The position numbers were made by a program, and so were the translations under genes. The notes beneath the pieces were generated by a model that ran no database searches, was not told where the DNA came from, and saw only the letters and a program-made list of their open reading frames with translations. This document shows, one piece after another, positions 6,900 to 12,979 of a stretch of DNA of 36,734 bases (position 1 is its first letter; each line of letters starts with the position of its first letter). The DNA lies in assembly GCA_001001795.1 (NCBI GenBank), contig LCLB01000007.1:1-36734 (forward strand), in the 5' to 3' direction. This stretch comes from Parcubacteria group bacterium GW2011_GWF1_45_5. GTDB taxonomy: Bacteria; Patescibacteriota; Minisyncoccia; UBA6257; Brennerbacteraceae.

Positions 6900-8651
6900 G
6901 TGCGGTCAGGTCAGGTGTTTGTCGCGACGCAGGCAGTTCGAGCCCGAAAGGGATTGAAGTACGTTGTCATCGGTGTAGTCGTCTTGGGAATCGGTTTTGC
7001 CGTGTGGCAGTGGTGGAATTCCATGGCGTCGGCCGACCGTACCGAACTGCGCATTGAAGGACCTTCCGCGGTCAGGATTGGCGAGCGCATTTCCTTTAAG
7101 GCAATCATAACCAACAAACAGAAAAAACAAGATCTGCGCGATGTGTCCCTGACGTTTCGCGCCGATAGCGGAACCGAATTCACCGATACCAAAACTTTGG
7201 CGTTGTACCAGAAGTATCTTGGAGCGTTGTCTCCCATGGCGCAGCAAGAAGAAGAGGTTCGTGCCGTATTCTGGGGGAAACAAGGCGAAGAGCGCACTAT
7301 TGAGGTCGTGGCGCGGTACCGTATCGGAGAGAACATAAACCGTTTCGAAAAATCACAAACCATCAAGGTGGTAATCAGCGATCCGGCGGTTCAGTTGGTG
7401 GTGAGCTTGCCCCAGCAGGTGATCACCGATCAGGAGTTCCGCTCGAGTGTCGAGTATCGGAAGCTGACCACCAATGATTGGACGGGCGCACGCTTGGAAC
7501 TGGGTCAACCCGAAGGGTTTTCCATGGTGCGATCCGATCCGGAACTTAAGACTATCGGGAAATTCGTCTGGCCGTGGGAAATTTTGGAACCGCAGGAAAA
7601 CAGTAAAGTAGTTTTTGACGGGACTATCGCCAGTTCCGAAGGTCAGGCAAAGGAATTCACTGCCCGGTTCTTCGTAACTGTGCGTAATACCGACGTGCTG
7701 GTTTCCGAGGTAACCGAAGAACTCTCTATCATCAGTAATCCGTTGGCTTTAACCATTACCGTTTCCGATGATCCGAATTACGCTCCGCTTCCGGGAAGCA
7801 TTGTCACATACCGTATCAATTTTAAAAATAATTATGATATCGCCTTGAAAGACGTCGTGATACAAGCGGACGCAACCGATTCCTGGTTGGAACTTGATTC
7901 TTTGAAGGTCCAAAATGATGGATTCTACAGTTCCCGCGATAAACATATAGTATGGAACGGCGGTACGACTCCGCAGTTGTTGGTTTTGAATCCCCGGGAA
8001 AGCGGGACAGTTGCCTTCATGGTGAAACTGAAAGACGGTTATCCGCAAAATGCCACTCAACAGGTGGTTGTTGCCCGTGCCATCATGTCGGCGCAGAACA
8101 AACCGAAAGATGTCGGGACCAGTATACAGACCGAAGCAACTCTCGAAACGAAAATACAAGGGAAACTTATTGTGACGCCAAAAGTGGTTTTTCGCGACGA
8201 TCCGCAAACCGGATTCATCAATACCGGCACCGTGCCGTTGCGGATCAATCAGGCAACCCAGTACAGCATGTATCTGACCGTCCAGGCAGTTGCCAATCCA
8301 TTTGAGAATATCAGTTTCAAAACAATTTTGCCGGCAAACATTACGTTTGACGGGAAGATCAAAGGGGATGAGAGCAGTATGAAAGGTTTTCTTTATAATC
8401 CACGTACCGGAGAAATGTCATGGCTGATTGACCGCTTGGATGCCTATGCGGCAAAAACCATTGTTTTACAACTGACCGCTATTCCCTCGAGCGATCAAAT
8501 CGGTAAGCTCATTACAATTATTGATGACATGGCGACAACCGCGATCGATGCGTTTACCCGGTCAAGCGTCGAGGTACCCGGTAAAAAAATCTCTTCGGAT
8601 TTGCCCGATGATGATACGATTGACGCCAATACCGGCAGAGTGACACCGTAA
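6900..8651 (+). CDS. large N-terminally anchored surface protein with repeated beta-sandwich (DUF11/CARDB-like) modules
   Basis: GTG start 6 nt after GGAAG. TM segment YVVIGVVVLGIGFAVWQWW. There are repeated segments of about 100 aa with alternating beta-type patterns. The family call is an inference. Confidence 0.65.
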   Translation: MRSGQVFVATQAVRARKGLKYVVIGVVVLGIGFAVWQWWNSMASADRTELRIEGPSAVRIGERISFKAIITNKQKKQDLRDVSLTFRADSGTEFTDTKTLALYQKYLGALSPMAQQEEEVRAVFWGKQGEERTIEVVARYRIGENINRFEKSQTIKVVISDPAVQLVVSLPQQVITDQEFRSSVEYRKLTTNDWTGARLELGQPEGFSMVRSDPELKTIGKFVWPWEILEPQENSKVVFDGTIASSEGQAKEFTARFFVTVRNTDVLVSEVTEELSIISNPLALTITVSDDPNYAPLPGSIVTYRINFKNNYDIALKDVVIQADATDSWLELDSLKVQNDGFYSSRDKHIVWNGGTTPQLLVLNPRESGTVAFMVKLKDGYPQNATQQVVVARAIMSAQNKPKDVGTSIQTEATLETKIQGKLIVTPKVVFRDDPQTGFINTGTVPLRINQATQYSMYLTVQAVANPFENISFKTILPANITFDGKIKGDESSMKGFLYNPRTGEMSWLIDRLDAYAAKTIVLQLTAIPSSDQIGKLITIIDDMATTAIDAFTRSSVEVPGKKISSDLPDDDTIDANTGRVTP

Positions 8652-8654
8652 GGA

Positions 8655-8674
8655 CAGATCAAAATGCAAAAGGT
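8655..8674 (+). repeat. A-rich motif ACAGATCAAAATGCAAAAGG
   Basis: Direct repeat with 8689-8709 and inverted copy at 10111-10127. Confidence 0.6.
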
Positions 8675-10013
8675 AAAAATAAAAATGACAGATCAAAATT
8701 CAAAAAGCGACTTGATGGAAAAGATAATCAGTTTGTGCAAGCGCAGGGGATTTGTGTTTCCCGGAAGCGAAATCTACGGCGGACTTGCCAATTCATGGGA
8801 TTACGGGCCACTGGGCGCGGAGCTGAGGAATAACATTAAGCAGTTGTGGTGGAACCGGTACGTGCACCGGCGCGACGATATTGTGGGACTCGAAGCCGCG
8901 ATCATCATGAACCCCAAGGTCTGGGAGCAATCCGGCCATGTTGCGACATTCAATGATCTTCTTATAGAGTGCAAGGGATGTCATCAGCGGTTTGATCAGG
9001 AGAAAATGGAAAGCGGGAAATGTCCCTTGTGCGGCAAGGAAAAATTTACCGAACCAAAGCTTTTCAATACGCTTTTTAAAACATTCATTGGTACGGTTGA
9101 GGACGCCAAATCAACCGCTTACCTGCGTCCTGAAACCGCGCAAGGAATGTTCGTGGATTTTAAGCAGGTACTGGACACTAGCCGCAAGACAGTGCCGTTC
9201 GGTATTGCACAAATCGGAAAAGCGTTCCGCAACGAGATTACCCCGGGAAACTTCATTTTTCGCACCCGTGAGTTCGAGCAAATGGAAATCGAGTATTTTA
9301 TCCCGGTACCAAAAATAGAAAGTGATTGGCAGGATGTTTTTGAAATCTGGCGCAAGGAAATGCATTCTTGGACAGAAGCAATCGGCATTAATACCGAACA
9401 TATTCGCGATTATGAAGTCCCCGAAACAGAGAGAGCGCATTATTCCAAGAAAACCATAGATTTTATGTATGAGTTTCCGTTCGGGGAAAAAGAACTGTAC
9501 GGTTTGGCATACCGGACGGATTTCGATCTGAAAAATCATTTTCCGGAACCGCCGTACCGTGATAATCATTCGCCAGTTGGCGAACATGAATCATACTGGC
9601 CGCATGTGATTGAGCCGACCTGGGGAGTGGACCGGTCCGTCTTGGCAATACTGTGCGAGGCGTACACAGAAGACGGCGACAGGGTAGTATTGAAACTCAA
9701 ACCATACCTCGCGCCGTACAAGGCTGCGGTGTTCCCATTGGTTTCCAATAAGCCGGACATAGCCGGGAAAGCGCGCGAGATTTACGATACGCTCCGGAAA
9801 AAGTATGCCATTGCCTGGGATGATCGAGGCAACATCGGTAAGCGTTACTACAGTCAGGACGAAATCGGAACTCCGTACTGCATTACGGTTGACTATCAAA
9901 CTTTGGAGGATGATACTGTAACCGTTCGTGCCCGGGACAGCGCACAGCAAGAGCGGATTAAAGTGACAGAGCTTCCGGAATATATTGGTTCCCGAGTCGG
10001 TATGCTTTCGTAA
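8664..10013 (+). CDS. glyQS: glycine--tRNA ligase (alpha2 class II type)
   Basis: GSEIYGGLANSWDYGPLG, RPETAQG, FRNEITP and other class II motifs. The conserved core begins at MEKIISLCKRRGF (ATG 8715). ATGs at 8664 and 8685 lie in the A-rich repeat, so the start is uncertain. Confidence 0.9.
   Translation: MQKVKIKMTDQNSKSDLMEKIISLCKRRGFVFPGSEIYGGLANSWDYGPLGAELRNNIKQLWWNRYVHRRDDIVGLEAAIIMNPKVWEQSGHVATFNDLLIECKGCHQRFDQEKMESGKCPLCGKEKFTEPKLFNTLFKTFIGTVEDAKSTAYLRPETAQGMFVDFKQVLDTSRKTVPFGIAQIGKAFRNEITPGNFIFRTREFEQMEIEYFIPVPKIESDWQDVFEIWRKEMHSWTEAIGINTEHIRDYEVPETERAHYSKKTIDFMYEFPFGEKELYGLAYRTDFDLKNHFPEPPYRDNHSPVGEHESYWPHVIEPTWGVDRSVLAILCEAYTEDGDRVVLKLKPYLAPYKAAVFPLVSNKPDIAGKAREIYDTLRKKYAIAWDDRGNIGKRYYSQDEIGTPYCITVDYQTLEDDTVTVRARDSAQQERIKVTELPEYIGSRVGMLS
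8689..8709 (+). repeat. A-rich motif ACAGATCAAAATTCAAAAAGC
   Basis: Second direct copy, 34 nt downstream of the first. Confidence 0.6.
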
Positions 10014-10110
10014 TACCCGACACACCGAAGCTTTAGCCGAATAGGTTGATTATTTTCAGGTTTTACGTTATTATTGTTGTACTTATTAATTAGTTTTTAT
10101 CTATCATTTT

Positions 10111-10127
10111 GCTTTTTGCATTTTGAT
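10111..10127 (-). repeat. inverted copy of the ATCAAAATGCAAAAAGC motif
   Basis: Plus-strand GCTTTTTGCATTTTGAT is the reverse complement of the motif at 8658-8673. Confidence 0.6.
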
Positions 10128-10144
10128 TTTTGAACCATTTTGTC

Positions 10145-10636
10145 ATGTTAGTTATCCGATTAAAAAGAGTGGGAAGGAAAAATCAACCGTCGTACCGGGT
10201 GATTGTATCTCCTAAAGGAGCTGGCGGACCCAAGGGTCAGCCGGTTGAGTATCTGGGGTGGCTTAATCCTTTGAAAAAAACCTTTGAACTCAAAAAAGAG
10301 CGTATTGAATATTGGATTTCCCAAGGAGCCAAGCCATCGGCAACCATCCATAACTTATTGATTAAAATCGGTTTGATTAAAGGGAGTAAAATCGCGGTGC
10401 ACCAGACCCCGCCGCCGAAAGAGGAAGCTGTCCCGGTTACAGAAGCCAAAACCGAAACAGCGGCTGTCGAGGCACCCGTGAAGGCATCGGTGGAAGAACC
10501 AAAACCAGAGATAGTCAAAGAACCTATTTCCGAACCTTCAAAAGAGCCTGTCGCGGAAGAACCTTCAGCCAGTGAGCCGGTGGTTGAAACTTCTCCTGCG
10601 GAAACCGAGGCGTCTACAGATGCGCAGGCATCATAA
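10145..10636 (+). CDS. rpsP: 30S ribosomal protein S16 with acidic Pro/Glu/Ala-rich C-terminal extension
   Basis: MLVIRLKRVGRKNQPSYRVIV is the canonical S16 N-terminus, so the ATG at 10145 is preferred over the TTG at 10130. A low-complexity tail of about 75 aa follows the core. Confidence 0.9.
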   Translation: MLVIRLKRVGRKNQPSYRVIVSPKGAGGPKGQPVEYLGWLNPLKKTFELKKERIEYWISQGAKPSATIHNLLIKIGLIKGSKIAVHQTPPPKEEAVPVTEAKTETAAVEAPVKASVEEPKPEIVKEPISEPSKEPVAEEPSASEPVVETSPAETEASTDAQAS

Positions 10637-10639
10637 CAG

Positions 10640-10671
10640 TGATATAATTCAGGTATCCCGTAAGACGGGAT
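10640..10671 (+). promoter_or_regulatory. extended -10 TGATATAAT (10640-10648) followed by 7-bp hairpin ATCCCGT-AAG-ACGGGAT (10655-10671)
   Basis: Located in the rpsP-KH intergenic region. The hairpin starts 7 nt after the -10 box and has no T-run after it. Confidence 0.35.
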
Positions 10672-10703
10672 GGTCGCCTAATAAATAACAGAATTGATCT
10701 TCC

Positions 10704-10997
10704 ATGGAAGGACAATACGTTGAGTTTCTGGAATTCTTAATCAAGCATTTGGTGAAGATGCCAGAAGCAGTCAAAGTCGACAAGAAGCTGGATGAGCGGG
10801 GGGTGCTTTTAACCCTCTCGGTTGATAAAGAAGATATGGGTTTGATTATCGGACGGCAAGGATCGACCGCCAAAGCGATTCGGACCCTTATCCGCATTGT
10901 GGGACGCAAGAACAATGCTCACATCAATCTTAAGATTGAAGAACCGGGCGGGACCAGCCTTTCTCTTGATCAGGTGGTTGACGATCTGCGATCATAA
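10704..10997 (+). CDS. KH-domain RNA-binding protein (YlqC/UPF0109 family)
   Basis: LIIGRQGSTAKAIRTLI is the GxxG KH motif. The position between rpsP and trmD is conserved in bacteria. Confidence 0.85.
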   Translation: MEGQYVEFLEFLIKHLVKMPEAVKVDKKLDERGVLLTLSVDKEDMGLIIGRQGSTAKAIRTLIRIVGRKNNAHINLKIEEPGGTSLSLDQVVDDLRS

Positions 10998-11008
10998 ATT
11001 TCTTTTTT

Positions 11009-11042
11009 ACAAAACCCCCTTGTTGCAACAAGGGGGTTTTGT
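11009..11042. terminator. bidirectional intrinsic terminator (perfect palindrome ACAAAACCCCCTTGTTGCAACAAGGGGGTTTTGT)
   Basis: A 15-16-bp stem flanked by T-runs on both strands. It sits between the convergent KH gene (+) and the 11061-11534 gene (-). Confidence 0.8.
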
Positions 11043-11060
11043 TTTCGGAATTTTTTGTTT

Positions 11061-11534
11061 TTATTCCACGAAGAACAGCCAGCCGGTGAACAGCACGAAG
11101 AGGTAGCCGACAATCATCAGAATCCAAAGACATTTTCGGCACGGACACAGGCAACACTTCGCTCCGGGCTTGCAAGAGGCATCATCCGCTTTGGCGTGTT
11201 TTTTCTGGTACACGATTAGCCACAGATAGATTGCCGTCATAAGAAGGGCAATGATTTGCGTGTGCCATGAAACCGCGAGCCCCCAGAAGATGAGGGCGCC
11301 GACAAGGGCAAGTCCGGCGATCATGAGCATGGTAATGGTTTTTCGTTGCTTCGATTTTTTACGGCCGATAAAGGAATGCAGAGTTATCCCGATCTGGACA
11401 AGGGTGGTGACAACAAGAATCGCCAAAATCACGGAGCGGGCGATGATTAAGCCGAAACTCCAGTAATAATTGAAGTACGGGATATATTTTTCTTCGACAA
11501 AGGTGGTGAGGGCCACAATGCGTTCTTGTAACAT
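11061..11534 (-). CDS. hypothetical multi-pass membrane protein with a Cys cluster (CKPGAKCCLCPCRKC)
   Basis: 157-aa ORF with 4-5 hydrophobic segments. It is the only long minus-strand ORF here and is bounded by the bidirectional terminator. Confidence 0.6.
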   Translation of the reverse strand: MLQERIVALTTFVEEKYIPYFNYYWSFGLIIARSVILAILVVTTLVQIGITLHSFIGRKKSKQRKTITMLMIAGLALVGALIFWGLAVSWHTQIIALLMTAIYLWLIVYQKKHAKADDASCKPGAKCCLCPCRKCLWILMIVGYLFVLFTGWLFFVE

Positions 11535-11597
11535 AATGTTCTATAGGGTATTGTGGCGCATTTGTATAGTTTGTCAATTTAAGCTTAAATAGGAAGT

Positions 11598-12287
11598 ATG
11601 CGGTTTGATATTGTTACAATCTTCGAAGATGCATTTACGAGTTATTTCGGGAGTTCTCTTTTGAAACGGGCGCAGGCGCGCAAGCTGATTACAATCCGGT
11701 TTCATAATCCGCGCGATTTTACCCGTGACGCGCACCGGACCGTTGACGAAAAGCCGTATGGCGGCGGCGTGGGTATGGTTATGCAGTTTATGCCCATTTA
11801 TAAGTGCGTGCAACATGTTACGTCAAAGATCAAAAATCAAAGATCAAAAACAAGAATAATTTTGTTTAGCGCTAAAGGAAAAGTTTTAACCCAGAAAAAA
11901 GTCCAGCAATTGGCCAAGTATGATCGATTGATTTTTATTTGCGGCCATTATGAGGGAATCGACGAGCGGGTGGCGAAACACGTTGCCGACGAAGAACTGT
12001 CGATCGGCCAGTACGTATTAACCGGCGGCGAGATCCCCGCCATGGTGTGCGTTGATGCGATCAGCCGGTATGTGCCCGGAGTTCTGGGGAAAGCGGAGTC
12101 GACAAATGACGAGTCGTTTTCGCAGGAAGGGAAAACCGAGTACCCGCAGTATACGCGTCCGGAGGTAGTATCCATCAAATCTAAAACAGGAAAAGCGAAA
12201 CTCCTCCGGGTTCCCAAGGTATTGGTTTCAGGAGATCATAAAAAAATAGAAAACTGGAGAAATATCCATCGCGGCAATCAAAAGTAG
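11598..12287 (+). CDS. trmD: tRNA (guanine37-N1)-methyltransferase
   Basis: MRFDIVTIFEDAF, DEKPYGGGVGMVM, CGHYEGIDERV, SIGQYVLTGGE and YPQYTRP are TrmD motifs. Confidence 0.92.
   Translation: MRFDIVTIFEDAFTSYFGSSLLKRAQARKLITIRFHNPRDFTRDAHRTVDEKPYGGGVGMVMQFMPIYKCVQHVTSKIKNQRSKTRIILFSAKGKVLTQKKVQQLAKYDRLIFICGHYEGIDERVAKHVADEELSIGQYVLTGGEIPAMVCVDAISRYVPGVLGKAESTNDESFSQEGKTEYPQYTRPEVVSIKSKTGKAKLLRVPKVLVSGDHKKIENWRNIHRGNQK
11824..11851 (+). repeat. tandem 14-bp repeat (CAAAGATCAAAAAT / CAAAGATCAAAAAC) inside trmD
   Basis: Two adjacent copies read directly in the sequence. They encode SKIKNQRSKT in the variable inter-domain linker. Confidence 0.8.
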
Positions 12288-12364
12288 AGTTTTATCGTCT
12301 GTTTACGGTATTTTAAGAGAGGGATAAATCAAAAAGTTACACAATAGTTATCCCCAGAAAGTGT

Positions 12365-12979
12365 TTGATTCATCGGAATTTCGTTTACAATAAGAAGGTG
12401 ACGGAAAATCAAAATCAATTACAAGGGAAAACTGCCGATTCAGAAGAGCAGAAAGAGCCGAAATTCAGTGGCTCTTTTTTCAAGTTTGCGAGCGTCATGC
12501 TGGCTATGGTAGTTGCGGGACTCGCGGCGAGTTACCTGTGGCAGACATATGTTTCACCGCAGGCGCGCGCCAACAGGCAAATGGAAGAGCAGTACCGGAA
12601 GTACCAGGAGTTCGAAGTAGCATATAAACAAGCAATGGCCGATGATACCTACGGCGGCAAGACCCCGCAGGAGACCCTGGATTTATTTATTGCGGCACTG
12701 GAGCAAAACGATTTGGAACTTGCGAGCAAATATTTTTCGCTGAACAGCGTAGGGCAACAAGACGAGAAGTGGATGGATGCATTAACAGAAAAATCGGAAC
12801 GCGATGAAATAAATTCTATTATTTTAATGATAGAACGAGTAGAGCCGACTAGGGGGCAAAAATCATCCTTGGAAGATATTTATTGGTATTCTGCGTATAA
12901 CGATAGCGGAGCTGCTTTATATAACATTAAGCTTAAATTAAATACCTACTCTCAAGTATGGAAAATAGAAAGTATTTGA
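12365..12979 (+). CDS. hypothetical membrane-anchored protein (204 aa)
   Basis: TTG start (uncertain). Single TM FASVMLAMVVAGLAASYLW followed by a soluble domain of about 140 aa. It overlaps the next gene by 22 nt. Confidence 0.55.
   Translation: MIHRNFVYNKKVTENQNQLQGKTADSEEQKEPKFSGSFFKFASVMLAMVVAGLAASYLWQTYVSPQARANRQMEEQYRKYQEFEVAYKQAMADDTYGGKTPQETLDLFIAALEQNDLELASKYFSLNSVGQQDEKWMDALTEKSERDEINSIILMIERVEPTRGQKSSLEDIYWYSAYNDSGAALYNIKLKLNTYSQVWKIESI

Noticed and set aside
6932-6946. GGCAGTTCGAGCCCG, which resembles a tRNA T-arm/T-loop.
   Set aside because: The flanks cannot be folded into a cloverleaf; there is no complementary T-stem, acceptor or anticodon arm. It lies inside the N-terminal coding region of the 6900 gene.
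9111-10025. Minus-strand ORFs within glyQS (for example 9111-9587 and 9591-10025).
   Set aside because: They are nested antisense to a gene with unmistakable GlyRS motifs, so they are spurious.
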